From an uncultured Chloroflexia bacterium (GTDB lineage Bacteria; Chloroflexota; Chloroflexia; Thermomicrobiales; UBA6265), in assembly GCA_963724295.1 (NCBI GenBank), contig CAVRUC010000011.1, positions 64,001 through 128,000 of the forward strand: a DNA stretch of 64,000 nucleotides, given 5' to 3'. Position numbers and translations under genes: made by a program. This document shows, piece after piece, positions 41,922 through 53,260 of the stretch (positions within the stretch are counted from its first letter, which is position 1; every line of letters starts with the position of its first letter). The notes beneath the pieces are model-generated. The model saw only the letters and a program-made list of their open reading frames with translations. It searched no databases and had not been told where the DNA came from.

Positions 41922-42833
41922 CTAGCGTCGCCAGTTTTCGCTCGGGCGCTCTTCCTCGACGAGGCGGCTCAGCACATCGAGGAGAAGGTCGTTGCCGAGG
42001 ACGATCGGCCGGATCTCGATCTCGACTTCGTAGATGGAGCAGCCGCCATCGCGGCAGTCCAGACGCAGGTTGGCAAGCGGGACGCATGGGTTACGGCGCG
42101 GGGGCGGACAGCCCTCCGTGACCCAGCGCGCCAGCGCCCCGTAGTCGATCTCGCCACCTTGCAGGATGTCTGGGAAGCGGCATTCGACTTTGGGCCGCTT
42201 GACGCAGCCCGGCACGAAGTCGATCCGGTACTGCTCGCGGATCGTGCCAGGTGCGCAGGGGACTGAGGTCGAGCAGTCACCGGCAAGCACTGCCACCGGA
42301 TCACTCTCGCACTCGTGGTAGCAGAGCAGGGCCGTGACGCAGGCGCCACGATCGGAGTGGTGATCGTGGTCACCTTGTCGCTCCGCATTCCCATCGCCTG
42401 CATACTGCCTGGGCTCATCTCGGCTCTGTCCTTTGCCCTCTCCGTTGCCGTACTTCCCGTTCGTGTCGCCCTCATCCCCTTCGTCGCGTGGATTGTCGCG
42501 GCGATTGCAGACGCGGTCGATCAGCGCACTGGGAATGGGCTGGGACGGACTGCGGCTGGGAACGACGATCTCGCGGCCCCAGCCGTCGATCGCGGTCCCC
42601 GGCGTCACTCTGATCGAGCAGGGATCATCACCGCGTTCGATATCGAGGCCACAGACGACGCCGTAGCCGGTGACGAGCCGGTTCAGCAGGCGCCGCATGG
42701 CAATGATGTAGTCGGTCTCGAGCTCGAAGTGATAGACGTCCATCATCTTGCCGTGGAAGAAGTGGTTGCGGCGCGGTGTTCTCAACCGTCCTCGCCAGTC
42801 CAACCGGCTTCCCGACTCACGTGTCCCGTACAT
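41922..42833 (-). CDS. eCIS-associated fibre/baseplate-attachment-like protein (paralog C)
   Basis: RNHFFHGKMM...RRLLNRLVTGYGVVCGL and VTPGTAIDGWGREI. Confidence 0.6.
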   Translation of the reverse strand: MYGTRESGSRLDWRGRLRTPRRNHFFHGKMMDVYHFELETDYIIAMRRLLNRLVTGYGVVCGLDIERGDDPCSIRVTPGTAIDGWGREIVVPSRSPSQPIPSALIDRVCNRRDNPRDEGDEGDTNGKYGNGEGKGQSRDEPRQYAGDGNAERQGDHDHHSDRGACVTALLCYHECESDPVAVLAGDCSTSVPCAPGTIREQYRIDFVPGCVKRPKVECRFPDILQGGEIDYGALARWVTEGCPPPRRNPCVPLANLRLDCRDGGCSIYEVEIEIRPIVLGNDLLLDVLSRLVEEERPSENWRR

Positions 42834-42868
42834 TGTCCTGGCTCCTCCCGTCACGACTACGCGCTGTG

Positions 42869-45073
42869 CTAGTCCTCGACCGCCGCTGCTCCGAGGAGGG
42901 TCGTCACTCCGATCTGACTGTGGTTGCCGATCTGGCCCGGCGGATCACCGCCGAGCACGAGATCGACACCAAGCGTCGCTTCACTGTCGAGCCGGGATGG
43001 CAGCGGGTCGCCGCCGATGATGGCGTCGATCCCGATCCTGGCCTGCGCCCCGATTTCGAATTGAGCATCAACCGGGCAGATCTGAAACTCGGTATGAGCC
43101 GGCTTTTCTCGCTCGATGAGCGCCTCAACGCTGCGTAGCAACTCCTCGCTGTAGGCGGCGCCTCGGTAGAGGCGAACGGTGAAGCGGTGGGCGACCGACT
43201 CGAAGAGCGGCGAGCCATAGTCGTCGCCTTCGATCAGGTGAGAGCGATCGAGCGTCGCAGTTGAGCCGAGAACGGCCCCCTGGGGCTCGGCCGCCGCGAG
43301 CATCGTCGTCACGCCGAGGATCGAGGTCTCCCGCTCTGCCGCGGGGCTCCCCTCGTCTCCGGCAAGTGCCCACCAGGCAGCTCCCATCACTGGTTCCTCG
43401 ATCCACGCATCCACTCCTGTGGCACGGCGCAGGGCAGTGCGCAAGCCGGAGGCGGTGCCCCGCGCCGCCGCCTCGACATACGCGTTGGCGACTGCATCCC
43501 GCAGGGTCTCGGTGTCCCACTGGGCGGCGATATCGACCGCCAGCCATCGCGCCAGTTGCGCGAGGAAGGGGGGTGAGGCGGCGGGGTCGAGGATCCGAGT
43601 GAGGTCTGCGATGTTCTCTTCGACCTCATCGAAGTGGCTTTTTACCATCGACAGAAAGCGCGGCAAGAAGGCGTCTGGTGACGAGTCTTCCCGGTAGATG
43701 GCCGGCAGGTGCTCCAGGTAGCCTGGACGATCGAACAGCAACTGGATCTGCTCTACCGAAGGCGAGGTGAGACCTTCGCCACTGAAGTGGATGCCGACCC
43801 ACGCCAGCGCCGATGGGGGGCGCCGGATCAGGTGCTCGGCAAGGTCCGGCGCCCCTGCGCTCCAGGCGGGCGCCGGGAAGTGCACCGGCCCGTCCGGGTT
43901 GACCGGCGGCATCGCGGCCGGATCGTTGGTGGTGTAGACGCTGAACTGCACGTGGGCGTCCTTGGGCAACGTCGTCATCGTCGCGCGCAGTCGCTGCCAG
44001 GTCTTACTGCGCGGGTTGAATGCGCCGAAGGGGCCGCCCCAGGCGACACCCTCCCGGACGAACGCCGCATCGAGCATCAGGTGGAGCGGCGCCCGCGACC
44101 AGCCGGGATGAACCAGCAGACCGCCCCGGCCGTCGATCGCCAGCGCCGCCACGGCGCCGCGGTAGCCACGGGCGGCGCCGACTGATGAGCCATCCGACCG
44201 GAGGCGTAAGACCTGTCCACCGGTGGTGGTGTGGTCACCGGTGTAGACCGTGCGCCCTGTCACGACCAGCCCGAGTGGATCCCCGCTCACCGCAAGCGCG
44301 ATTTCCCTCTCCAGATGCCCGTCCTGGTCAACGACGAGCAGCATCTTCCGCTCCCGGTCGAGGATGAAGATGCGTGGTCCCTCGCCTTCGTCGGCGCCGG
44401 GGCTGACCGCAATGTCGACCGGGTCGGCTACTGTCGCTTCACTGGCGAGCGTCTGCCAGAAGGCAGGCACGACCTCGCCCCCAGGAGTGAACTTCTGGAT
44501 TCGCGCGTTACCGCGATCAACCACGTAGACGTGCCCGGTGGGGTCGGCAGCTAGCGCGGATGGACGGTTGAAGCGTCCAGGGCTCGCGTCCGGTGCCGGC
44601 GGAATGCCCGGGCCGGCATCGCCCCAGATGTCGAGCAGCTGGAGGGTGCCCAGGTCAAAGAGTTGCAGCCGGTGATTGCCGGCATCAGCGACGATGAGCG
44701 CGCGCCGGCCGGGGTGGATGAGGAGACCACGCGGGTCACGTAACTGTGCCGGCTCCTCCCCTTCGCCGCCCAGGCACGGCACCAATTGCGTCGTGCCATC
44801 GCAACCCTGGACCGAGAAGACGGTGTGATTGACAGGGTCGGTGAAGAAGATTGTGCCGTCCGGCCCGACCGTCAGACCCGCCGGCTCGTCCGCTGGGTCG
44901 AGGCGGGCGACCTCGGCTGGCAGCGGAGCAGTCAGTGCCGGCAGCCTGGCCAGACCCAGCGATCCATCCACCACATCGATGTTGCGACGTTCGAAATCTG
45001 GCCAGACGTTGTCACGATTGAGGTAGAGGAAATCGGGTTGGCCCGTTTGCCTCCCCGGGGTGGCACTCATCAT
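42869..45073 (-). CDS. NHL-repeat beta-propeller fused to phage tail protein I-like baseplate wedge domain
   Basis: PRGL..ADAGNHRLQ and FNRPSALA..VYVVDRGNARIQKF repeats; YLEHLPAIYRED, LDP, LARWL and RGT.SGL. Confidence 0.75.
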   Translation of the reverse strand: MMSATPGRQTGQPDFLYLNRDNVWPDFERRNIDVVDGSLGLARLPALTAPLPAEVARLDPADEPAGLTVGPDGTIFFTDPVNHTVFSVQGCDGTTQLVPCLGGEGEEPAQLRDPRGLLIHPGRRALIVADAGNHRLQLFDLGTLQLLDIWGDAGPGIPPAPDASPGRFNRPSALAADPTGHVYVVDRGNARIQKFTPGGEVVPAFWQTLASEATVADPVDIAVSPGADEGEGPRIFILDRERKMLLVVDQDGHLEREIALAVSGDPLGLVVTGRTVYTGDHTTTGGQVLRLRSDGSSVGAARGYRGAVAALAIDGRGGLLVHPGWSRAPLHLMLDAAFVREGVAWGGPFGAFNPRSKTWQRLRATMTTLPKDAHVQFSVYTTNDPAAMPPVNPDGPVHFPAPAWSAGAPDLAEHLIRRPPSALAWVGIHFSGEGLTSPSVEQIQLLFDRPGYLEHLPAIYREDSSPDAFLPRFLSMVKSHFDEVEENIADLTRILDPAASPPFLAQLARWLAVDIAAQWDTETLRDAVANAYVEAAARGTASGLRTALRRATGVDAWIEEPVMGAAWWALAGDEGSPAAERETSILGVTTMLAAAEPQGAVLGSTATLDRSHLIEGDDYGSPLFESVAHRFTVRLYRGAAYSEELLRSVEALIEREKPAHTEFQICPVDAQFEIGAQARIGIDAIIGGDPLPSRLDSEATLGVDLVLGGDPPGQIGNHSQIGVTTLLGAAAVED

Positions 45074-45080
45074 TCCCTCC

Positions 45081-46277
45081 TTATCCATCCACACCCATCC
45101 AGCCGACCTGCCATTCCTGCAACAGGTCAGGGAGACCGGGCTCGTCCGCGGCCGCACCCACCTCCACGTCGACTGGTTCAGCTGTCTCTGCAGCCTCGTC
45201 GAATGCGGACATAGTGGTCGTCCAGAGGGCGGAGATATCGAAGCCTTCGAGGACGATGGGCTGGGCGGCGCGTTCCGAGATCGACACGGTGCCTGGGTCT
45301 TCCCCTCTACTCCGTGACCTGGCCATGGCCCGCGTAAACTCGGGCGCCGCGATGTTGATGTCGGGGCGGTTGGTCATGAACCAGAGAACGAACACCTGGG
45401 CGATGAACCCGGACGGGGTCGGCTCGGTGATGCTGAGCAGACCCTCGACGACCACGCGCTGGGCCCTCCCGTTCTGCCCGATGGTGATCACCCGGGGACC
45501 GTCGATCCGAGCGAAATAGTGCGGAGTCGTCAGGAATTCCCCGCTCGTGGTGTCGATCTCGGCCTGCATTCCGCCGACAATCTGATAGAGGGCGCGCGTC
45601 GGATTCGCCAGGATCACGGGATCCGGGACTCGCTCACCTTCGTTCCAAGGCTCCCAGACCGTCCACGGAGTTGGGTTCTCGACGCCACAGGCGATGTAGG
45701 GCTGTAACGGCGGACGGGCGTTGCGGCGCTGGACAATGCTGATGTCCTTATCCAGTTTGCAATCACGCACCGCGATCTCGGTGAGCACGAGGTGTGCGCC
45801 GCGGAGAATCTCGGCTTGATCGCGGGCCGGACCGCCGTCTGGATTCAGCGGCACCCAGCAGAAGATTGGCTCTTCGCGCAAGCGGACGGCGCCGCGGGTA
45901 CCGCACAAGCCCTCGCGCTCTTCGACCTCCTCCAGGGTGTCATCGGCCGGGTACTGGACGGTCAGGACAAAGCGCATGGCGTTGCCATGCCCATCGCCCT
46001 CGACGGGCGGCACGGGGATGGTGCGGGACGTGGTGAGCACGATCTCCCGGCCGAGGTCATCGATGGCATAGCCCGCGCCGACATTGACCTCGCGGTCGTC
46101 CTTCTTGCCGCCGACGGCGAAGCCGTTGCCGATCCCTGGCTGGTGCAGGCTCTGATTGTGCAGCCAGCGCATTTCCCGGTTGAACGTCTCGATCCCCTGC
46201 AGGTCTGCGGCGAAGAGGCGTTGCCCGTTGAAAAAGCGCTGTCGCTCGATGGAGCGCGTGTCATCTAGGAGACCCAT
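45081..46277 (-). CDS. eCIS fibre-like protein (paralog B) with C-terminal IDT...F..TP.YF domain
   Basis: ERQRFFNGQRL...RWLHNQSLHQPGI and GYAIDDLGREI. Confidence 0.6.
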   Translation of the reverse strand: MGLLDDTRSIERQRFFNGQRLFAADLQGIETFNREMRWLHNQSLHQPGIGNGFAVGGKKDDREVNVGAGYAIDDLGREIVLTTSRTIPVPPVEGDGHGNAMRFVLTVQYPADDTLEEVEEREGLCGTRGAVRLREEPIFCWVPLNPDGGPARDQAEILRGAHLVLTEIAVRDCKLDKDISIVQRRNARPPLQPYIACGVENPTPWTVWEPWNEGERVPDPVILANPTRALYQIVGGMQAEIDTTSGEFLTTPHYFARIDGPRVITIGQNGRAQRVVVEGLLSITEPTPSGFIAQVFVLWFMTNRPDINIAAPEFTRAMARSRSRGEDPGTVSISERAAQPIVLEGFDISALWTTTMSAFDEAAETAEPVDVEVGAAADEPGLPDLLQEWQVGWMGVDG

Positions 46278-47329
46278 ACCGACCTTCTTCCTGTGTACCG
46301 AGCGGTGAGATCGTCGTCGCCCTGGTGTTGAATGCCGATCCAGTTGACCGCGAGCTTGGTCAGCCGTCCCAGGCCGAGAATCGCGTTGTCAAAGCGTGGC
46401 TCTGCCCTCTCGGTGAAGGCCCTGCTGTTCAGGTGAATTTCACGTTCATGGACGTCGACCAGGTGCACACCCTCAGGCGGGGCGGGCTCCGTGGCAAGCG
46501 AGGTCTCGACAGTGCGGAATCCATAGGCGGTGTAGAGCCAGGGCGCCAGGATGCGGAAGGTGAAGCCGGTCTTGGTGGCCTCGGCGATATGCCTGAAGGG
46601 GAGGAGGAGCATCAAGGGAACGGCCGAGTTCCACATCGAGCCGGTGATCTCGGCGAAATAGCATGGGGTTGCCGTGAAACCGGCGGCAGAGGTATCGATC
46701 TCAACCTGGATACCGGCAAGGATGATGGTGTCCTCCACCGGCTCCACCCATGATTGCCAGGCTGTCTCCCCGGGAACCGTTGCCCCGTGCCGGGTGCGCG
46801 GGCGTGCCATCGCCCGGGCGCGCTCCGGCGCGAACATCCGCGTGGAGGTTGCGTCCTCGTCGTTCCTGGCCTCGGCGGTCGAGGCCAGTTCGATACCATC
46901 GTGTGGGGTGTAAGCCGAAGGCGGCAACCACCGGAACGTGACGCCCGCGTCCGGGGTGGGGCGATCGCGACAGTAGCCGGCCGGCGGCGAGCAGGGCGGT
47001 GTCTCGTCGGCCTGGTAGGCGATGACGAGCGCTACGTCCTCAGCCTCGTCCGGTACGGGCAGACGCCGTTCATCCCGGAGCTGGAGCTCGCGCCCGAAGC
47101 AATCGTAGGCGAGGCCAGGTCTGACTCGCGCGATGCGGACGCCGCCGTCCATCTCGAACTCCACGTGAAGTCCGTGCGCTACCCCATAGGTTTGATGCAA
47201 CGCTCGGTTGTGCCACCAGCGCAGCTGATCGTCTTGCGCGGCTTGCCCCACAAAGTCGCGGCGCAACATCGCCTGGCCACGACCGTGTCGCAGGCGCTCG
47301 GGCTCAACCGGAATGAGGGGCGTCGTCAT
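46265..47329 (-). CDS. eCIS fibre-like protein (paralog A) with C-terminal IDTSAAGFTATPCYF domain
   Basis: ERLRHGRGQ...RWWHNRALHQTYGVAHGL and PGLAYDCFGREL. Confidence 0.6.
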   Translation of the reverse strand: MTTPLIPVEPERLRHGRGQAMLRRDFVGQAAQDDQLRWWHNRALHQTYGVAHGLHVEFEMDGGVRIARVRPGLAYDCFGRELQLRDERRLPVPDEAEDVALVIAYQADETPPCSPPAGYCRDRPTPDAGVTFRWLPPSAYTPHDGIELASTAEARNDEDATSTRMFAPERARAMARPRTRHGATVPGETAWQSWVEPVEDTIILAGIQVEIDTSAAGFTATPCYFAEITGSMWNSAVPLMLLLPFRHIAEATKTGFTFRILAPWLYTAYGFRTVETSLATEPAPPEGVHLVDVHEREIHLNSRAFTERAEPRFDNAILGLGRLTKLAVNWIGIQHQGDDDLTARYTGRRSVWVS

Positions 47330-47337
47330 CGAGGACC

Positions 47338-49596
47338 TCATCTCACATCGATCTCGTGCGGTCCGGCGTCGACCAGTCCGGTCGGTCCGAGGCAAACGTT
47401 GCCGCAGGTGGGGCAGCCGTCCTTGAGAAGCTCGAGGGCAAGGACGTGGGCAACCCCCGGCACCTCATCGATGACTCCCAACACCTCCGTGCGATAGACA
47501 TCGCGGCCAAAAGGCCAGCCCGTGCCGTCCTGACCGCCCGTCAGCGGATGGAAGAAACGGTCGAGCGTCTCGCCAATTGCCGTCTGGACCTCGGCGGCGC
47601 GAGCGCCAGGACAAGCCTCGACCGTGGCGCGGACGGCGACGGTGACATAGAGCGGTCCGGCCACTTCGACCCGCGTTCCGATCACGCGGCCGCGGTTGAG
47701 ATAGGCGGCAACAACCTGGCGCAAGCCGGGGGTTGGCTCCGGGTGGTCCGCCGGAAGGTGTGGCAGGATCAGCACGGTCACAATGCCCGGCGCCTTCAGG
47801 CAGGGGAAGCCGGGATGGAAGTTCGCCCGCGCCTCGGCGCGCGCCAGGCGGGTCCCAGGCGTCTCCAGCGCGCGAACAACCACGTCGTCGAGTGTCACGG
47901 CGCGCAGTGCCCGTTCCCGGCCCTCCCGGGCGCGGGCGATGGTGGCCGGCAGCGTCTCGGCGGCGGCGCCGCCAATGGCGGGAGTGACGTTGGTGATCTC
48001 ACCCAGGGCCGCGGTAAGCTCGGTCAGGCCAGGGACCGTTGCTTCATTGTGGGCCGAGGAAGCGAGCCGGTTGATCGTTCGTGCCGGCAGATTGCCCTCA
48101 GCGGCGCGAGTGATGTCTGCCGACACCAGCAACGCCGAGCCAGGCGCGGCAGCCCGTCCCCGCTCACCATCGCCGAGGGTCAGGGCGCCGGCGGAGGAAT
48201 CGAGTCGGGCATGGGCATCGGCTCGTCCCGAGGCGTCGAAGTCTGGCCGGATCGTCCACGTGCGCCAGCTGCCCCCCTCCAGGCTGGCGAGGTGAACGCT
48301 GTTCTTGACGACCGGCGCGTTGGCTATCTCGATCCGCTGCGACGGGGCGCCGCTCCCCCAGGCCACGGCCGCGGCCTCGATGGTGAGGATGCGGGTGGCC
48401 GGTTCGTAGAGGAGCAACCGCACGCGCGGAGTCCCCGCGGAGGGTGCGACGAAGGCGAGATAGGTAACGTCGCCGCGGCTGTCGACAGTGAAATCGACAC
48501 CGGTCCACGCGCCCGGGGCAGGTGGAGTGCCGACGACGTGCGCACCAGGCGCGATTTGCAGCCGCGCGGTCGCGGGCACGGCCTGGACGGCCTCGACCGC
48601 GTTCAGGGCCAGGCCCCTCAGGACGGGCGCAGCGTCGTAGGCGCCGCGCACGAGCCGAACGCGCAGCCAGGTGAGAGCGTCCGCACGGCCGCCAAGGGTC
48701 GAAGTCGCCACTGGCCCTGGAGTACGGACGATGACGCGACCATCGAGCGTCAGGGCGCGAGTCTGATCGCGCACCCCGGTCTCGGGGTAGAGACGCGTCC
48801 AGGTCTCCGGTCCGGTGGTTATCTCCCAGATCACCTGGACCGCGTGGTGGGCAAGTCGAGGCGGCCGCACGTCCTCGTTGGGGTGTCCATCGTCGTCATC
48901 AGACAAGGCGGTCCGCCCGCAGTCGATGGCGTCCCATGGCGGCGCGCAGTCCGCAACGCGTCCCGCCAGTTCTTCCGCGATCCGGTCCCGTTCGGCGCGA
49001 CCAGCGCGATCGGCCGGATCCAACGCGATCCCCAGGCTCACCTCAGATTCAGCTGGCCAGGGAGCGGGCATCGCGAACCCGAGGTAAAGCGCCGCTCCGG
49101 GCTGGGGATCGACCCCAAAGGGCTGCACCGGTTCGCCGCGGGCCCAGGCCGCGGTCTGATCCTCGAGCGTGGTTCCGTCCGACGTGAAAACGGCGGCGAT
49201 GCGCCCCGGTTGCACCGTCAGCTCATGGCGAGCGCGGAACTGCACTGGCACGCCGGTAGGGTCGGATCCCTCGAACTCCAAACCGGCCGGAATCGGCTGT
49301 GGGGGAAACCCGTCCGCAAGGCGCAGGGCCAGCAATGTCTCGGCTGGTTGCGGCGGCTGCGGCACGATTCCGGCCAGGGCCAGGAACTTCAGACGCTGGG
49401 CATCGGTGATGCGGTTGACCGCGTAGATGTCCATCTCCGCAATCCAGGCAAAGAGATCGATCAGGGTGATGCCTGGATCATGCGCGTTGTGATCGGTCCA
49501 CTCGGGTGCGTAGAACGGGATGAGGGCGCGTCCCTCGTCAACGAGGTCCGCCCACCGCCGGTCGTCCAGGCTTGGAAGTGGCAGCGCCGTTGCCAT
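47338..49596 (-). CDS. Baseplate J-like protein (Afp11/Pvc11-like)
   Basis: LPLPSLDDRRWADL...PEWTDHNAHDPGITL, RAVT..D, GWPFGRDV. Confidence 0.88.
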   Translation of the reverse strand: MATALPLPSLDDRRWADLVDEGRALIPFYAPEWTDHNAHDPGITLIDLFAWIAEMDIYAVNRITDAQRLKFLALAGIVPQPPQPAETLLALRLADGFPPQPIPAGLEFEGSDPTGVPVQFRARHELTVQPGRIAAVFTSDGTTLEDQTAAWARGEPVQPFGVDPQPGAALYLGFAMPAPWPAESEVSLGIALDPADRAGRAERDRIAEELAGRVADCAPPWDAIDCGRTALSDDDDGHPNEDVRPPRLAHHAVQVIWEITTGPETWTRLYPETGVRDQTRALTLDGRVIVRTPGPVATSTLGGRADALTWLRVRLVRGAYDAAPVLRGLALNAVEAVQAVPATARLQIAPGAHVVGTPPAPGAWTGVDFTVDSRGDVTYLAFVAPSAGTPRVRLLLYEPATRILTIEAAAVAWGSGAPSQRIEIANAPVVKNSVHLASLEGGSWRTWTIRPDFDASGRADAHARLDSSAGALTLGDGERGRAAAPGSALLVSADITRAAEGNLPARTINRLASSAHNEATVPGLTELTAALGEITNVTPAIGGAAAETLPATIARAREGRERALRAVTLDDVVVRALETPGTRLARAEARANFHPGFPCLKAPGIVTVLILPHLPADHPEPTPGLRQVVAAYLNRGRVIGTRVEVAGPLYVTVAVRATVEACPGARAAEVQTAIGETLDRFFHPLTGGQDGTGWPFGRDVYRTEVLGVIDEVPGVAHVLALELLKDGCPTCGNVCLGPTGLVDAGPHEIDVR

Positions 49597-49620
49597 TATT
49601 GGATGCCTCTCTCGTGCCGC

Positions 49621-52600
49621 CTAAGGCGCGTACTCACGTGCCACCTTGATCCGGAGCTCACCGGCAATCACCATGCGATCGCGCGCGACGTCGATTCGTT
49701 CGCCACCGATGCGGCCATCGATTGAGATCGCGAGCGATTCAACAAAATCCAACCCCTCCACCCGTTCCAGCACGGCGGCGAGGTCCGATAGGTAGACATT
49801 CTGTCCTGGCTGCCAACCCCTGCCGTCCGGCCCCCCGTAGAGCGGATGGAGCAGACGGGCGAGTGTGGCTCGGGCGCGCTGCTCGATAGCCCCGGCCTCG
49901 GCCGGGACTCGAGGCACAATCGTGGCGTCGACATCGATCGCCACGTACGCCGGACCGGTGACGTCGATCCGTTCCAGCCCCGCCAGCGCGGCATCAGCAC
50001 GCTCCTCGACATAGCGGCGCACGGACTCACGCAGGCCGAAGGAGGGCCATGGTCGCGGATCGGGGCTGGCCGGGATAATGACCAGCGTGACGTGACCTGG
50101 GTGCCGCCGACCGTCAACCGAACGAACCGGCAAGGCGCGGGCGACCGCCACCGCGGGCGAGGCTTCCCGGGCCATGGTGGCGAGATCGGTCAGGGACAGG
50201 GCTCGGCCGCGGTGGTGCAGTGTCAAGGGACCGCGGGTGCGGAGTGCATCGAGGGTCTCGGCATCGGCGCCGCCCTCCGCCGGAAAGGGGTTCGAGACGG
50301 CATCGACACCGCCGATGGCGCCCTGCAATTCCTTAATGGCGCCGGCCGGGACATTGCCGGCACTGCCGCCACCGGTCTGGTAGCGGCGGGCGAGCACGGC
50401 GGCGCCGGCCGGGGGCACCTTGCCGGCGGTGCCGTCGCCAAATTGCAGGCGGCCGCGGGATCGCTCGAGTTGGTAGTGACGGTCATTCGGCCCGGAGCGA
50501 AGCAGGTGCTCCTGCCCCTGCCAGCGAACCCAGACCTCCGTCACCTGCTTGGTCCGGTCGCGCCGCAGACGCAAGGAGCCATACTCCACCTCGGCGTCGG
50601 ACCCTTCGCGTCCGAGCAGCGCCTCGATCTCGCGGATGGCGCGCTGATTGCCGGGAAAGAGCTCCAGGGCGATGATGCGCCACTCGACGTTTGCGCGAGG
50701 GGCGGCGAGCTCGCGAACCTCGATCTGCTCACCGGGGAGGACCGGTATCTGACCGATGGCGAAGACCTGGTTCGGCCGGCCGGTGCTGGCGCCGATCGGG
50801 TCATCGACCACAGTCTGCTGCTGCACGGCATAGGCGGCGTTCGGGTGGATGGAGCGGACGGTTGGTGCGCCGGGCGGCCCGTCCTCCTTGAGGCGGACGC
50901 GCAGCCAGGAGCGTGCCGTGCCGAATCGCGGCATGGCCTGGCTGTCCTGCGGCCCGATCAGGTTGACCAGCCCGGGAAGCCGCAGCCGGCGTGTCCCGTC
51001 ATCGACGGGCAGCACGCGCCAGGCGCCGCCGTCCCAGTATTCCCAGAGCGCGGCGGGTCCGAGCGTCTCGGCGGTGTCCTCTTCGATGTCGAAGAAGATT
51101 CCGATCTGATCGACCGGCAGTGGCTTGTCGAAACCGAGGTAGAGCGCCGGGGTAATGTCGGCCGGCGGGGTGAACGGCTGGAAGACCTTACCCGGCCAGA
51201 TCGCCTCATCGGTGCGGTCAGCGTACTGGAAGTCGTTGTACGTGAAGACCTGCTCCGGCGCGAACGGGCCGTAGCTCCAGGTATAGCCGAGCTTGAGCTC
51301 GGCCAGGGCAGGGGGAGCGCTGACCACATAGGTGAACTCGTTGCTGGGCTCCCAGGTCACCGTCTTCGTGAAGCCGTACCCGCCGCTGACGAGCCGCACC
51401 CGCATCCAGCGCGCCTCGACATCCGCCACGACCGTCGGCACCATCTCTTCGGGCACCTTCAGGATCACGTTTGTGTAGGCCGCGCTCTGAACGGCAGCGG
51501 CGCCCGTTCCGACGAACGGCAAAGCTGGACTCAGATCGGCAGGGCTTGTCGTCGGATCGTGGGTGAAACCGGGGACTTCCGCCCACTCGCGACCGTTCCA
51601 GTACTCCCATGCGACCCGGTGCGGCAAGGCAGGATCGGTCGTGGCCTTGGTTTGATCTTGCGGCGTCGGGGTTCGCACGTAGCTGATGTGCAGATCCGCT
51701 CCCGGTTTGGAAAAGACCTCTTCTGAGGAGAAGTAGAAGACTGAGCCGGGCTGCGGCTGCATGCCGAACGGATAGAACGGCTCACTGAGGTCGACTTCGG
51801 TGCCGTCAATGATGGCGGTATCCGGGAGAAAGCCGCCCTCGATCGCGGGCGGCTCTCCCGTGGGGAGCGTGGCCTGGCCGATGGGACGAGTGACAACCGT
51901 GGAGAGCTGAATCTGCTCCACTTCCGGCAGCAATTGAGCGGGATTGGGCAGGAGCGGTTCCGTCAGACGGCCGCGCACCCAGAAGTTCTCGATCCCGTCG
52001 ACTGCCGTCTGCTTCGTCTCGGCGCAGTCGGTCAGCAGGTGGATGGTGCCGGTCTGCTGGAAGCGCGCCGTGCTGTCTTCGTTCTCGGCCTGCTGCTGGT
52101 CGCAGGCGGCGAGGGTGTTCCGGAACGGCCGCCAGACTTTGCCGTCCCAGTACTCCCAAATGGTGTCGAGTGCTTCGGAGGCGCCCTGGCTCAGCTCAAA
52201 CTCGACCCTGACCTCGCTCTGGCCGGAGAGGGCCAGCAACGTCGTGGTGGGCGAGGTAGAGGTGATGAGGCATATCGATCAGGTCGGACAGCTTCCAGGG
52301 CTGGAACGGTTGCCCGGCCGTCAGCGCGGGCATGTGGTCGATCGATTGGTCGCGGCCCGGCCAGAGACTCCGCAGCTCGACCAATCTACCGGCAGCCAGC
52401 CCGGTGGCCTGCTCCGTTTCGAAGAGACACTGGGCCCGGGGGGGTCGTGGATGGCTGTTCGGGCGGCGGGAGCAGAGCGACGCTTGTGGGCGGTGGCTCC
52501 GGCGCCTTGGCGGCGAGCCGCGTGCCAGCTGGCACGCGGCTGTCGTTCGCGTCCTCCGCAAGCGTAAAAACGACCACGGCGCGGGCCGTCTGGGCGGGGA

Positions 52601-52830
52601 CGAGCCGCACGCCCAACAGATCGAGCATCGCCAGTTGCGCCTGTCCGGCGTCTGGTTGAGCCGGGCCGCGATCGCGGCCAGGTAGCGGCCCAGCACCTCG
52701 GCCAGCGCGACGTCCGGGCCGGTCGTTCCCGGCTGCCACTCCGGCACGTAGCCGGCGCGTCGGGCCCGCAGTGCTTCGACGAAGGCGGCGGCATCTCGGG
52801 CTCGATCTGGGGCCGCGCGGTGGAGGTCAC
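49621..52830 (-). CDS. Second, larger baseplate J-like protein (frameshifts at 52.2-52.8 kb)
   Basis: YVPEW, RLNQ.PD, FGDGTAGKVPP, GGGSAGNV, AEGGADAET, LHPLYGGPDGRGW. Confidence 0.82.
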
Positions 52831-53256
52831 CGGGGCGTCCCTTCATCCAGGTAGAAGGGGTAGACGAGATTGAGGAGCGTGTTGGTGGCCCGGACCCGGT
52901 AGTGGACCTCGATGTTGAGGCGATTGCGCTCGTCGCCGTCCGTGGTGACATCGACATGCTCGAGCACCTCGATCCGCGCCTCCCAGTCGACGAGGGCCTC
53001 GTGGACGCGGGTCCGCATCTGGGTCATGGTCGTCGGGTTGACCGGCTCGAAGACGAAGCGAATCAGCCGGCGCCGAAGTCGGGGCGCATCACACGCTCGC
53101 CTGGATCGGTGCCGAGGATGATCCGGATCGCCTGTCGGATATCCTCCTCATAGGCCGTCATGGCTGGCGTGCCACCGGCCGGCACGGAGGCGACGGGAAG
53201 GCCCAACCAGTGCCGAGGAACGCCTTGGGGTCGAACCGGAGAGCGGACGCCGCCAT
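52827..53256 (-). CDS. GPW/gp25 sheath initiator (Afp9-like), frameshifted
   Basis: FLGTGWAFP, IRIILGT.PGERVMRPDFG, WEARI and NLVYPFYL across frames. Confidence 0.85.
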
Positions 53257-53260
53257 CGCC

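Noticed and set aside
47356..51726. Long plus-strand ORFs (789 aa, 626 aa) and similar antisense ORFs elsewhere
   Set aside because: Shadow ORFs opposite well-supported genes, expected in high-GC DNA
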